64,000 nt of DNA from a virus (Duplodnaviria > Caudoviricetes): positions 1 through 64,000 of IMG/VR virus record IMGVR_UViG_3300025924_000020. One strand, given 5' to 3'. Within the stretch, counting starts at the first letter, position 1; the number at the start of each line of letters is the position of its first letter. Shown here piece after piece: positions 10,529 to 21,024 of this stretch. The notes under the pieces were generated by a model, which saw only the letters and a program-made list of their open reading frames with translations, was not told where the DNA came from and made no database searches. The translations under genes were made by a program, and so were the position numbers.

Positions 10529-10900
10529 ATGGCACTCACACAACTCACACAAGCAGACAAAGACTCTTTAAAAGCTGATCCAAACTTCAAAGCATTTTTG
10601 GTCAATCAAGTAAGAGCTAAAGCCGAGAATTATCTCGGTCTCAATGATTTTCCGTCCCAACAACAAGCGCTGAATCTTGCCTATTCTAGAGCAATTAGAA
10701 GTAACCTTGATATGGTAGCATCTGATAGTCATCTAGTAGATTTCATGTTAATTCAGATGGCTGTTAGAGGACTTGCTCAATATGATAATTCAGTTCAAGG
10801 AACAATTACAGACAAAACTACGGCTTATTTAGCTGGAGCAGGAACCCCTGTTGGTTTCATTGTAGATGACTATTTTATTGAGAAGACTAAGAATAATTAG
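10529..10900 (+). CDS. Hypothetical protein, possible fibre chaperone
   Basis: ORF directly after the fibre gene with an A-rich start region. Confidence 0.4.
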   Translation: MALTQLTQADKDSLKADPNFKAFLVNQVRAKAENYLGLNDFPSQQQALNLAYSRAIRSNLDMVASDSHLVDFMLIQMAVRGLAQYDNSVQGTITDKTTAYLAGAGTPVGFIVDDYFIEKTKNN

Positions 10901-10926
10901 TCTAAGCATAAATTTTCTTGCAGTAA

Positions 10927-10958
10927 TTTGGAGAATATAGTTAAACTTCTTATATTTG
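10927..10958 (+). promoter_or_regulatory. Bacteroidota primary-sigma promoter (-33 TTTG / -7 TAnnTTTG)
   Basis: TTTG at 10927-10930, 20-nt spacer, TATATTTG at 10951-10958; intergenic. Confidence 0.7.
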
Positions 10959-10986
10959 CAACAAATCAATTAAATTAACAAAAATT

Positions 10987-11247
10987 ATGGCAAAACTTAA
11001 ATTACAACCAAAACAAGCAGCTGCCCTTGCACAGTTTCAAGCCCAGAAACAACAATTAGCTACTGCTTTACAAGAAGTCAACCAAAAGGAAAGTTTGGTA
11101 GCTGAACTCATATTTGAGGCAGCTGGTGTAGACATTACTACCATTGAGAACTTGAAATTGGAGGAAGACTCTTTGGTCTATGATGTTAAAGAAGCAAAAG
11201 AGGCAAAACCCAAAGGTAAGAAGAAAGAAGCCCCTATGGCTGGATAA
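10987..11247 (+). CDS. Small coiled-coil hypothetical protein
   Basis: Q/A-rich helix and basic tail; downstream of the promoter. Confidence 0.5.
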   Translation: MAKLKLQPKQAAALAQFQAQKQQLATALQEVNQKESLVAELIFEAAGVDITTIENLKLEEDSLVYDVKEAKEAKPKGKKKEAPMAG

Positions 11248-11268
11248 TAATTAAAAGGTTTACTAACT

Positions 11269-11928
11269 ATGAAAATCAGTTTAAATGGATTAGTTGAATT
11301 GCTTACCGCTATGGTTGGTAAACCTTTTTCTGTACCTTTCCAGGAACAACTTAAGACTGTATTCAATTACAAAAGAGCAGATTGGATGCAGAAAGTAATA
11401 GCGGCTCATCCTAATCAAAGAAAGTACTTTCTAAAACATATAGCTATTGACCTTGTAGAAGTAGATGAGGCTGAATGTCCAGTAAACATAGGATGTAAAG
11501 TGTTAAGGACTAGTAAACCCATTCCTCTACCTTTACGAACGGATGAGTACTTTTTTGATTATGTAGGTGACCCAGATAAAATGAGCGCTTACACTTACGT
11601 CCTACCAGACCAATTATGGGTAATAAATCATTACTCTAGATATACTAAACATAGAGCCAGATATGTCTATATCAATGGCTATATCTATATCTATAATGCA
11701 GATGAGCAAGAGTTCATTGATATCGGTGGTGTATGGCCTGATCAACGACAATTGAATGATTTTAAGTGCGATAATGTACCCTGCTATACTGATGAAGATC
11801 AATATGAGATTCCAGACGATATTATCAATACAATGGTACAGGATGTCTTTAAGAATGAATTAAGAATTATGACTGGGCAGGTGGGTGAAGTAACAATAGA
11901 CCAACAACCATTAAAACCTAAACAATAA
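11269..11928 (+). CDS. crAss-like tail ring/structural protein
   Basis: YVYINGYIYIYN and C..DEDQYEIPDDII pattern; immediately upstream of the IHF-like gene. Confidence 0.55.
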   Translation: MKISLNGLVELLTAMVGKPFSVPFQEQLKTVFNYKRADWMQKVIAAHPNQRKYFLKHIAIDLVEVDEAECPVNIGCKVLRTSKPIPLPLRTDEYFFDYVGDPDKMSAYTYVLPDQLWVINHYSRYTKHRARYVYINGYIYIYNADEQEFIDIGGVWPDQRQLNDFKCDNVPCYTDEDQYEIPDDIINTMVQDVFKNELRIMTGQVGEVTIDQQPLKPKQ

Positions 11929-12503
11929 TGACTGAACAAGTCAAACAAAGAAAAAAGAATATAGTAGCTCCAAGAACTCATTCGGCTAAAGAAATGTATG
12001 AGTTATACAGAGCTAAACGCCCAACTTCTGAAATACCATATTGGATGTTTAAAGAGGTGATCTCTAGATTTAATAAGAAGGCTAGTGATACAATCATTTT
12101 TGGCCAGATATTAAATTTAGGTAATAGATTAGGAGATATATTTATAAAGAAGATAAATCGTAATTACCGCAAGCCAGTAGTTAACTGGGGAGCGAGTAAA
12201 ACAAGAAAAGCAGAATTAATAGCTGCTGGTATTACTCCAAAAGATCCAGATCATCCTGAAGGAGAAGAATGGATTATATTCTACACCGATTCTTGGTATT
12301 TGAGATGGGCTTGGAGTAAAAGAAGAGCTTGTAGGGTAAAGAACCAGACAGTGTATAAATTTACACCAACTGGTAATAAGAGTAAGAAGGCAAACGATAA
12401 CTCTTTAGAAAAGCTGGGTAATAGAGGTAAATTAGCATTAGCAAACAGATTGAATCCAACACTACATTACGTGTATTCTCCTGTATACCCTGTAAACGAA
12501 TAG
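11928..12503 (+). CDS. Divergent IHF/HU-like DNA-binding protein, crAss-type
   Basis: FKEVISRFNK...IIFGQILNLGNRLGDIFIKK...VNW...YKFTP; basic protein; synteny. Confidence 0.65.
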   Translation: MTEQVKQRKKNIVAPRTHSAKEMYELYRAKRPTSEIPYWMFKEVISRFNKKASDTIIFGQILNLGNRLGDIFIKKINRNYRKPVVNWGASKTRKAELIAAGITPKDPDHPEGEEWIIFYTDSWYLRWAWSKRRACRVKNQTVYKFTPTGNKSKKANDNSLEKLGNRGKLALANRLNPTLHYVYSPVYPVNE

Positions 12504-12504
12504 T

Positions 12505-13026
12505 ATGGCAGACATTAATAAATTAGTTCCAATTCTACTTAAATTTGAGGGTGGTTATGTTAATGATCCCTCTGATTTGGGGGGAGCAACGAATTTGGGT
12601 ATCACGTTAGGGACTGCAGAGAAGTTTCATTTTGATGAAGATCATGATGGTGATGTAGATGTTAATGACGTAAAGTTGTTAACTAAAGAAGACTTTAGAA
12701 TAGTACTAAAAGTTGGTTATTGGGATGTGTGGAGAGCCGATGAAATAAAAAATCAATCCATCGCTAATTTCCTAGTAGATTGGTTGTATAACTCAGGAGT
12801 AGATGCAATAAGAATTCCTCAAAGATTATTAGGATTAACTCCAGATGGTGTAGTAGGGAAGAATACTATAGATGGTGTAAACAAAGTAGATCAACAGAAT
12901 TTCTTTAATCAACTTGTGGAAGCTAGAAATAAGTTTATTACAGATATAATTATCAAACGACCAGCTAATAAGAAATTTGAAATTGGGTGGCGTAATAGAA
13001 TAAATAGTTTTAAATTTCAAGGATAA
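12505..13026 (+). CDS. Endolysin, glycoside hydrolase family 108 with C-terminal peptidoglycan-binding domain
   Basis: EGGYVNDPSDLGGATNLGIT catalytic motif; DGVVGKNT and KFEIGWRNR. Confidence 0.92.
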   Translation: MADINKLVPILLKFEGGYVNDPSDLGGATNLGITLGTAEKFHFDEDHDGDVDVNDVKLLTKEDFRIVLKVGYWDVWRADEIKNQSIANFLVDWLYNSGVDAIRIPQRLLGLTPDGVVGKNTIDGVNKVDQQNFFNQLVEARNKFITDIIIKRPANKKFEIGWRNRINSFKFQG

Positions 13027-13889
13027 TGCCTAATTATAAACTTGTATCAGCAAAAGAAATACTAGCTAGAGTCATTAGATCTCTAGGCTACAGGCTACCC
13101 TCATCTTATCAAGATGACATCTTAGAATGGATTCCAGAGGGTATGGGATTGATACAAGTAACTAATTCATTAGTGGTTACATCTACAGGTTGTCCTGGAG
13201 AGCCAGATGAACTAATCGTGAAGAATCATTGTGTTTCTTTACCTTGCGGGTTTGTAAATGTTTTAGCTATGGAAGATGCAAATGGCATGAGACTTCCAGA
13301 AGGTGGCGATATTACAGACTTTACTAAACAGTCTTCAGCTAGGCATATTGGAATCTCTGAATCATTTAATCCAGGTGAACCTAGAGTAAGTGTATTTGAA
13401 GTTAACCCCTTTGACCATCAAACTCAAGATGGTACACCAACTACTAAACCAGGCAGTTCAGTACCAATTTTTGGTGAGGATATTCAAAAGTCACAAACTA
13501 ATGAAAGAGCTAGAAATTACTACAGAATAAATGGTAATTACATTCAAACTAGTTTTGAGAGTGGTCATGTCAGAATGCATTATTTAGCTCTACCAACAGA
13601 CAAAGAGGGCTATCCACTTATTCCAGATAATGAGAATGTAAAATATTGCCTAGAGTGGCATATCATTAGAAGGCTTATTGGGGCAGGCTATGAGCATAAA
13701 GTATTCAAATATGATTATGCAGATGCACAATGGGAGAAATACGCAGCTAGAGCAATGAATGAAGTAAGTTATTACTCGCTTGATGGAGCAGCTAAGTTCT
13801 ATAGAAGTATCGTAAGATTAATACCACCAGATCAGTTTGCTGACGACTTCTTTGTTAATAGTGAACAGCCTGAAACATTATCAAAATAA
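13026..13889 (+). CDS. Tail tubular/ring protein (P22 gp4-like, crAss type)
   Basis: YRINGNYIQTSF...YLALPTDKEGYPLIPD pattern; upstream of the muzzle gene. Confidence 0.7.
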   Translation: MPNYKLVSAKEILARVIRSLGYRLPSSYQDDILEWIPEGMGLIQVTNSLVVTSTGCPGEPDELIVKNHCVSLPCGFVNVLAMEDANGMRLPEGGDITDFTKQSSARHIGISESFNPGEPRVSVFEVNPFDHQTQDGTPTTKPGSSVPIFGEDIQKSQTNERARNYYRINGNYIQTSFESGHVRMHYLALPTDKEGYPLIPDNENVKYCLEWHIIRRLIGAGYEHKVFKYDYADAQWEKYAARAMNEVSYYSLDGAAKFYRSIVRLIPPDQFADDFFVNSEQPETLSK

Positions 13890-13894
13890 AGTAT

Positions 13895-14137
13895 ATGAGT
13901 CTCAAAGAGAAATGGAAGTCAGAGTGCACAGATACAGGTGCATTCCTCAAAACTAAACTAGGGCCAATTCTTGGATTATTAGGTTTAATTGGAGCTTTAG
14001 GTGAATATCTACAAATGTTACCACAAGTAATATCTGACGTAGTACCTATGTGGCTTAAATTAACTATTCTATTCTCTGGTTTAATCGCTCATTTATATGG
14101 AGGATTAACTGTAAAGAAGCAAGATGGACAAGTATAA
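13895..14137 (+). CDS. Putative holin
   Basis: 80 aa with two hydrophobic segments, near the endolysin. Confidence 0.55.
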   Translation: MSLKEKWKSECTDTGAFLKTKLGPILGLLGLIGALGEYLQMLPQVISDVVPMWLKLTILFSGLIAHLYGGLTVKKQDGQV

Positions 14138-14477
14138 GCATCAGTTCATAGTAATCGTATTTTGTATAGTACTAGGTGTATTAATAGGGCACTATATTGC
14201 TAGGCAAATGACTAGTGCAACTTTGGTTAATACAGATAAGCAGAAAGCAAAACTAAAGTATCAAGTAGACAGCTTAAAAGAACTTAATTCAGGCTTACTT
14301 AGAGCAAACGCATCACTAGCACATCAATACAGACTAGATTCAGTTGTAATTAGAAAATTACAATATGATATAGCTGCAGATGGAGTTAGAACAGAAAGAA
14401 GATTAAAGGCAATAGACACATTAACCACCAGTGAAAAAGTTACTTGGATTCTTAATCGTTATGCTTCTAAGCCTTAG
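14124..14477 (+). CDS. Putative i-spanin-like membrane protein
   Basis: N-terminal TM segment followed by coiled coil; overlaps both neighbours. Confidence 0.45.
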   Translation: MDKYKHQFIVIVFCIVLGVLIGHYIARQMTSATLVNTDKQKAKLKYQVDSLKELNSGLLRANASLAHQYRLDSVVIRKLQYDIAADGVRTERRLKAIDTLTTSEKVTWILNRYASKP

Positions 14478-14820
14478 CGCTCAAGCACAACACCTACCAG
14501 ATTCTATTTTAGATAAAGTTATTAAAGAACTTATCTATAAAGATCATTTATCATACGTAGTTAATAAACAAGATAGTACATTGAAAGTCTATGCGCAGTC
14601 AGATAGTTTACAACGTATGCAGATTAGTAATTACAAGCTAGTGGTACATAACGATGAGGTTATAGCGGCTAAATTACAGCAAACAATACAGATACAAGGT
14701 GATGAATTAAATTCACTAAAGAAGCAGTTACGAAAAGAAAAGTGGAGAAGAGTAATTGGTTTTTTTGAGGGTGGAGCAATAGGAGCAGGAATAGTTTTAA
14801 TTTTAAGCATATTTAAATAG
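14431..14820 (+). CDS. Secreted coiled-coil protein with C-terminal hydrophobic anchor (spanin-partner-like)
   Basis: Signal peptide ending SAQA, coiled coil, C-terminal GGAIGAGIVLILSIF. Confidence 0.4.
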   Translation: MKKLLGFLIVMLLSLSAQAQHLPDSILDKVIKELIYKDHLSYVVNKQDSTLKVYAQSDSLQRMQISNYKLVVHNDEVIAAKLQQTIQIQGDELNSLKKQLRKEKWRRVIGFFEGGAIGAGIVLILSIFK

Positions 14821-17800
14821 TGAAGTTAGCAAAAGGTTTATTTTCTGATTGTGCATTACAAGACACTCCTCTTGGATGCTATCCTTTTGCTAAAAATATA
14901 GTAGCTTCTGGTAATCTACAGGGTGCTAAAGAAAATGAAGATGGTTTTTTGAATGCTGGAGCACTTGCTCCATATACTATTATTGGCATGGAGAATGTAG
15001 GAAAAGACATAGTAGTTTTCTCTACAGATAATGTGAATTCAGAAATAGGATTAGTTATACGTAATGGAGAAGTATTAACTTATTCAATAGTATATAATGA
15101 TCCTGCATTAGCTTTCTCCACTTCGCATCCAATCATAGACATAGAGTATAGAATAGATGTGAATAATCAACGTACTGTTGCTTGGAATGATCAATTCAAT
15201 ACTCCACGTCTAATTAACATAGACAATCCACCTGCTACAGGCAATCTACAAGAACTTAACTTATTCCGTGATATAAATAACCCAGCACTACTTACTTATG
15301 CAGTAAAAGATACAGGTGGTTCATTAAAGACAGGAGCTTACATAATTATAACCAAGTATAGAAACACATTAGATCTAGCTGAGACCAACTGGTTCATCCA
15401 TGATCACGTGTTCTATATCAATGATGACCCTATTCTCTCCTCCTTTCAAAATAATGATGGAGCAGTTGGAGGAACATCTACTTCAAAAAGTATTTCACTT
15501 TCATTTACAGGTAGTGACACTAGATATGATACTTTAATAGTCGGTTATGTGTATTCCTCTAATGGAGTACTCACTGCAGCTCAAGCATTAACTATAAGTA
15601 ATTCAAGCACAGTTAATACAACCCTTACTGGTGGTGAGGCTAATATTCCAGTATCCACTGATAGTGTAGTCACAAGTACTACTAGTTATGCTACTGCAGG
15701 TTCATTGACTCAATTAGCTGGAAGATTATTTCTAGCCAATCTATCAGCTGATCCTATGCCAGCACTACAACAAGCTGCATTAGGAATTCAGGTAACTTGG
15801 TCTGCTACACTATTAAATGCAGTAACCAATGTAGGTAGTTATAAAGATGTAACTCCACCTAGTTTTATGCCTGGAGAAGTCTATGCGTTATATCTAGGAG
15901 TAGAATTAAACAAAGGTGGCTGGAGATGTTATCATATTCCTGGACGTGCCCCACTTACTGGAGAAAAGGATGCAGTTTCTAACTATGGGTTATCTTACAC
16001 TAGATTTCAAGTAGAAGACACAATACCTTCTCTGACTACTCAAATGGGTTACTGGGAGAATTCAAATGAAAACTACCCAAACACTAGCGATTTCAATAAT
16101 GGTACTGGCATAGATCTACGCGGCTTAAATGTACGACATCATAGAATGCCAAGTTTGACTTATTTAAGTCAAAATACTTTTTCTGGAGATTCTACTTTTG
16201 GTATAACTACATTACCTAGACTTACTTTAAATGTGTCTAATGTAGTCATACCAGCTGGAATCCAATCACAAATTAAGCGATGGAAGATATTCTATGCTAA
16301 GAAATCTGTAGATAATAGTTTAACTACTGGTTCAGATTTATTACATTATGCATTTAAAACTTCTGCACAACCAGGTACTAGTTGGAATACTGGTGGTAAT
16401 TGGTATATAGGAACTACACACTCTGGATGGCAAAGTTTTGATACTCCCGATACAACTAAAATACGTTGTCATTCACTTGACTATTTGAATAATCGTTCAC
16501 TACCAGCTCCTAATTATGTAAGTTATGCTTACAAGTTACGTAGTGCTAGTTTAAAATATGCAGCTCCTGGAGACCAATATAACGGTTTTGGTACTGTAGG
16601 AAATATCACAGTAACTGGGAACCAACGTGGAGGTACTGCTTCGGCTGTTATTGATTTTACTGTAACAGGTACGACAAGAACCAGTGGAAGTACCGCAATA
16701 GCAGGATTAAGTAACTTTGCTTACTTACCTCAAAATTCACTTAATGGCGCAGATAGCAATGCTTATAATGAGTCTAACTACGTAGCCACACTGGCCCCTG
16801 GATTTTCACCAACTTCAGCTATTACGTTTACACAGGTAGCAACTAGAGGCACAGGTGAAACCAGTCAAGATAATCAATTTGATAGATTTGGTTTTAATCA
16901 AGTGGACACTATGGTGGGTATGTATTATCTGCTTCTATCTAGTGTGCATAACAGCTTTAGCAATCAGACAGTAGTACCGTTAGAAGGATATCAAATTCCT
17001 TCCTCCACGTCAGGAAGCTTTACAGGTGGAGATGGATTCATCTCGTACATGAGTTACATGACAGCTGCACCAATGTGCGCTAATCCAATAGGGAATATAG
17101 GTAGACCAACTCTCGAAGGTCTACGCATGTGGAATGCTTATATTGGTTATAGTCGCAACAATTGGAATTTTAGATATCAAACTCAAGGGAATATAGATAC
17201 CTATTACTATCCTAAGACAGATCCTAGAACAATGGTTAACGTATCTATGCTAACACTTGTTAATCCATCTGACCCATTCAATAATGGTGTAGGAAGCAGT
17301 GAGATATCTTTATTAGATTTGGCAAGTAATTTTCCTAATTCTATTAATTATAATGTAGATTATTCTACACACAATGAACTCAATACTCCAATTATCTTTG
17401 ATCCACGAGTAACTAATCAGACTAAGTTTCCCAACACAATTATATTTACGCCAGTTGGTTCAGAAGAAAGCCAAGTGACCTCATGGAAAACATTCCTTTC
17501 TGGAGATAGATATGTGATGCCTAAAAACAAAGGATACATAACCAACTTGCAAGGAATAAACAATAAACAACTATTGATTCATACTCAGTACACGCTATTT
17601 CGTACACGTACAGATATGCAGATGGCTACTGCAGCTAATACTGAGAATATCTATATCCAATCGGCTAGTATCTTTGGAATATCTCCAGAGGAAGTGTTAC
17701 CTAATAAGTCTGGTTATGCTGGTACTCAACATAAGCAAGCTTGCCGTTTAACTAAAGCTGGCTACTTCTTTGTAGATGACATTCAAGGTAAAGCGTTTTT

Positions 17801-18632
17801 ATATACAGGCTCATTAGAGGAAATCTCTTACAACGGACAACGTAACTTCTTTAAAAATTTCAAATTAGCGCAAGCTAATCAAGGAACAGAGGCGTGGGTA
17901 AGTAATGGTTATACTTCTGGGTTTGATGAAAGAAACAATAGACTTATTGTATCTAAGAAAGAGGGAGCCACTTCATGGACATTAAGTTATGATCCAACTG
18001 AAAAACAGTGGATTTGTTACCACGATTATATTCCAGATCACATGTTCACAACTGTAGACAGTGTACTTTATGGTGTAAATGGTAACAAAGTTTATATACA
18101 CAACCTATTAACCAATAATGCAGCTAAAGGAGTATTCTATTCCAATACGCCAGCATCATCATTTATTGATGTACCTTGTAATCCAGATGCTAGTGATAAA
18201 TTATTTACTGGAGCTAGATGGATAACAGAATTATACCCTAACACACAAGTTAATGGACAGTATAATCAAACATTAAACTACCCCACTAGCTTTACACATC
18301 TCACCTTTAGGACACTAGATCATACTACAGGAAGAATACAGTTGAACTATAACAATTCCTTCTATTCTCAGAGGGCTAGTAACGTAAGAAGTATTAATAG
18401 AACCTGGTACTTCAATGATATACGTGACATAGCTAAATCAACTGGATTTACACTAGGACTATATTCCAACTTTAACATTGATCCTACAAAGCTCAATACA
18501 TACAGTCCTTGGTACAATAAACGCAGATTTATAGATAAATTCGTAATTTGCAGATTCGAATATGACAATACAGCAAATAATCGTTGTATATTCATAGAAG
18601 GTGAAGTAGAATTTGAACCTGTAGCAAAATAA
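14820..18632 (+). CDS. Tail stabilisation / muzzle protein (P22 gp10-like)
   Basis: 1270 aa beta-rich; VRHHRMP and WTLSYD...WICYHDYIPD motifs; directly before the cargo genes. Confidence 0.8.
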   Translation: MKLAKGLFSDCALQDTPLGCYPFAKNIVASGNLQGAKENEDGFLNAGALAPYTIIGMENVGKDIVVFSTDNVNSEIGLVIRNGEVLTYSIVYNDPALAFSTSHPIIDIEYRIDVNNQRTVAWNDQFNTPRLINIDNPPATGNLQELNLFRDINNPALLTYAVKDTGGSLKTGAYIIITKYRNTLDLAETNWFIHDHVFYINDDPILSSFQNNDGAVGGTSTSKSISLSFTGSDTRYDTLIVGYVYSSNGVLTAAQALTISNSSTVNTTLTGGEANIPVSTDSVVTSTTSYATAGSLTQLAGRLFLANLSADPMPALQQAALGIQVTWSATLLNAVTNVGSYKDVTPPSFMPGEVYALYLGVELNKGGWRCYHIPGRAPLTGEKDAVSNYGLSYTRFQVEDTIPSLTTQMGYWENSNENYPNTSDFNNGTGIDLRGLNVRHHRMPSLTYLSQNTFSGDSTFGITTLPRLTLNVSNVVIPAGIQSQIKRWKIFYAKKSVDNSLTTGSDLLHYAFKTSAQPGTSWNTGGNWYIGTTHSGWQSFDTPDTTKIRCHSLDYLNNRSLPAPNYVSYAYKLRSASLKYAAPGDQYNGFGTVGNITVTGNQRGGTASAVIDFTVTGTTRTSGSTAIAGLSNFAYLPQNSLNGADSNAYNESNYVATLAPGFSPTSAITFTQVATRGTGETSQDNQFDRFGFNQVDTMVGMYYLLLSSVHNSFSNQTVVPLEGYQIPSSTSGSFTGGDGFISYMSYMTAAPMCANPIGNIGRPTLEGLRMWNAYIGYSRNNWNFRYQTQGNIDTYYYPKTDPRTMVNVSMLTLVNPSDPFNNGVGSSEISLLDLASNFPNSINYNVDYSTHNELNTPIIFDPRVTNQTKFPNTIIFTPVGSEESQVTSWKTFLSGDRYVMPKNKGYITNLQGINNKQLLIHTQYTLFRTRTDMQMATAANTENIYIQSASIFGISPEEVLPNKSGYAGTQHKQACRLTKAGYFFVDDIQGKAFLYTGSLEEISYNGQRNFFKNFKLAQANQGTEAWVSNGYTSGFDERNNRLIVSKKEGATSWTLSYDPTEKQWICYHDYIPDHMFTTVDSVLYGVNGNKVYIHNLLTNNAAKGVFYSNTPASSFIDVPCNPDASDKLFTGARWITELYPNTQVNGQYNQTLNYPTSFTHLTFRTLDHTTGRIQLNYNNSFYSQRASNVRSINRTWYFNDIRDIAKSTGFTLGLYSNFNIDPTKLNTYSPWYNKRRFIDKFVICRFEYDNTANNRCIFIEGEVEFEPVAK

Positions 18633-20926
18633 TGAAAAAGAATAAAGGTAAGAAGGCAAAGACCACAGACTTGTACGAAAAATTCAAGTATAAGACAAAG
18701 AATAAACAGAAGGCTGCTTTTGGTACACAATTAGGTGAAACTAGACAACCAGTACCTGGAGAAGATCCTAGTGCTAATCAAATAGATAAAATGGGTGTAC
18801 AGGCTGCAGGAGCAGTCAATCCACTCTTTGGAGCATTAGCTGAAACTGGTATTGCTACATCTAAAGCAGTAAGAGGTAATGCTCTTAATTCAAACAGGAA
18901 CACAGCTGCTGAAGCTATTGACCCATTTGGATGGGCTAAAGGGAATCAGAATGCTGGAGACTGGGCTAAGTCTATTTTCTTAGGTCCTGCTTCTTGGGCA
19001 GATAAAGGTAGTAGACGTAAACAAGCAGCATTACAGAATAACGCTGCAGCTAATGCAGCTATCAACCCTTCTCTAATAGCTAATGCTAAATTAAAGAAAG
19101 GTGGCTATGTTCTAGGTGGAGATCCGCCAATTACAGGAGATGAGGATAAAAAGAAAAATCCTTTCTATCCATTTACTAGAGAATCTTGGAAGAGCCAAGG
19201 AGTATTAGACAGCTTAGGAAGAGGAACTATGCTAAAAGGTAGCTATCAAAATTTCAATAAATATTTTGGTCATGCTATTCCCACTGGAGTAAATCCAGAT
19301 GATGAAACTTATTTTGGTAATCCTCAAGCTAATCCGTCTTCTTTGCAGGATTTGATTATCAAGAAGGCAAAACCAGTACAGTTTCACACAGTGACTGGAG
19401 AAACAGTAGCGCATAGTAAAATGGGATTAAAGAAAGGTGGTAAAGCCCTAGCTTCAAAATTAAATGTATTAGACGGTGGTAGTTTACGCTCTGTATCACC
19501 AACTGCAGTAGAGGTAGAGGCTGATGAACCATCTCAACAAGACTCAGTTGAACTAGAAAATGCTTTCGTAGATGATGGAGAGATCATAGATAATAAGAAT
19601 CGTGTATTCTCTGAAGAATTAGGGTATGCAAAAGAAGCTAAAAAGTTGGAAAAACAAAAGAGTAAGAACCCTAGATTCTCAGCTGCAAACAAACACATTG
19701 ATAGTAAATTAGATGCTCTATTTCAACATCAAGAAGAAAATAAAGACCTCATGGCTAGAAAACCTAAAGAGAAAGTAAAATCAATGGCAGCAGGAGGTAC
19801 TTATAGACCTGAAAGTTATAAGCGTAAACCTAATGATTCAGTAGAAATAGGTCCTAGAGCTACATCAAAACACTTAGAACCTAAAGTAAGACTAACTGAA
19901 GAAGAGGATGTAAGGAACAAGATGTCCTTTTTAGAGGGTGGTTATGTCCCTCCTGAAGATAGAGTAATGATCACCTCACAACAAAGATTAAGACGTAAGG
20001 CATTTGCAGACGGTGGAGACATGCGTGATGAACTTAGTAAAGATTTCTTATCTAGAGCTAGGGAAGCTGGTACTTTTACAGCCAAAGCTCCTACTTCCTC
20101 TTCAGTCTCTAAATCCAAGTTTAAAGCCCCTAAAATCAACGCTAGAGAGACTGCAGCTAATTTGGCTACCTTTGTACCCAATGTAGTGTCTGCGTTCGCC
20201 CAGCGCAATTTAAAAGGCCCTGTAAGCCCTATTCTAGAGCAGTCTAAACAACTAGATAGGGTAAGACCAGATGCGCAATTAGCTGAGATAGAACGTGAAG
20301 GTGGAGCTACAAACCAGCTTATAAAGAATAATACAGCTCAGGCTGGGGATTTGGCTTCTGCTTATGGTAATGTATTAGCTAAGAAAATAGCTGCTAAGAA
20401 CCAAGTTTACGGTCAAAATCAGGCTTTAAATGCTGAAATTCAAGGTAGAGAAGCATCTCTTAATGTGCCTATTGGAGCTAGAAATACTGATAGACTTAAT
20501 CAATTCAGACAAGGACAGGCTGATTTCTCTAATTTACAACAGAAATTAACTACCGAGAATGTGTCAAATCTAGCAGGTAAAGTACTAGGAAGAGTAAGAG
20601 AAGCTAATTTACAAGATTTAGATAGGTTCAAATTTGGTTATTCACAGAAACAATTTGAAGATTCAGGAATAAACAGAAGAGCTTATGAGAAGTCAGATCA
20701 GCGAATGAAGTCTGATTATGATAAGTTTATGCCTAAAGAACCTATGAAAGACGGTGGATCAATTCATATTAAGAAATCACATAGAGGATTGCTACACAAG
20801 AATTTAGGAGTAGCTAAAGGAAAGAAGATTCCCGCTTCTAAACTTAAAGTGAAATCCACAGATAGCGCTGCAGTTAAGAAACGTAAAGTATTTGCTCAGA
20901 ATGCTAAGAAATGGCACCACAAATAG
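18632..20926 (+). CDS. Virion cargo/ejection protein 1
   Basis: Low-complexity basic protein with repeated xxxGG motifs and C-terminal IHIKK...FAQNAKKWHH; position after the muzzle. Confidence 0.6.
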   Translation: MKKNKGKKAKTTDLYEKFKYKTKNKQKAAFGTQLGETRQPVPGEDPSANQIDKMGVQAAGAVNPLFGALAETGIATSKAVRGNALNSNRNTAAEAIDPFGWAKGNQNAGDWAKSIFLGPASWADKGSRRKQAALQNNAAANAAINPSLIANAKLKKGGYVLGGDPPITGDEDKKKNPFYPFTRESWKSQGVLDSLGRGTMLKGSYQNFNKYFGHAIPTGVNPDDETYFGNPQANPSSLQDLIIKKAKPVQFHTVTGETVAHSKMGLKKGGKALASKLNVLDGGSLRSVSPTAVEVEADEPSQQDSVELENAFVDDGEIIDNKNRVFSEELGYAKEAKKLEKQKSKNPRFSAANKHIDSKLDALFQHQEENKDLMARKPKEKVKSMAAGGTYRPESYKRKPNDSVEIGPRATSKHLEPKVRLTEEEDVRNKMSFLEGGYVPPEDRVMITSQQRLRRKAFADGGDMRDELSKDFLSRAREAGTFTAKAPTSSSVSKSKFKAPKINARETAANLATFVPNVVSAFAQRNLKGPVSPILEQSKQLDRVRPDAQLAEIEREGGATNQLIKNNTAQAGDLASAYGNVLAKKIAAKNQVYGQNQALNAEIQGREASLNVPIGARNTDRLNQFRQGQADFSNLQQKLTTENVSNLAGKVLGRVREANLQDLDRFKFGYSQKQFEDSGINRRAYEKSDQRMKSDYDKFMPKEPMKDGGSIHIKKSHRGLLHKNLGVAKGKKIPASKLKVKSTDSAAVKKRKVFAQNAKKWHHK

Positions 20927-20950
20927 GCTGTACTTAAACAAACTCAATAC

Positions 20951-20980
20951 AAAGGAATCTTACTGATTCCTTTTTTATTT
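20951..20980 (+). terminator. Intrinsic terminator
   Basis: AAAGGAATC-TTACT-GATTCCTTT followed by TTTATTT. Confidence 0.75.
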
Positions 20981-21024
20981 CAACAAAATTCAGTAAATTT
21001 GTCAAAAATATAATTTGGGTTTTT

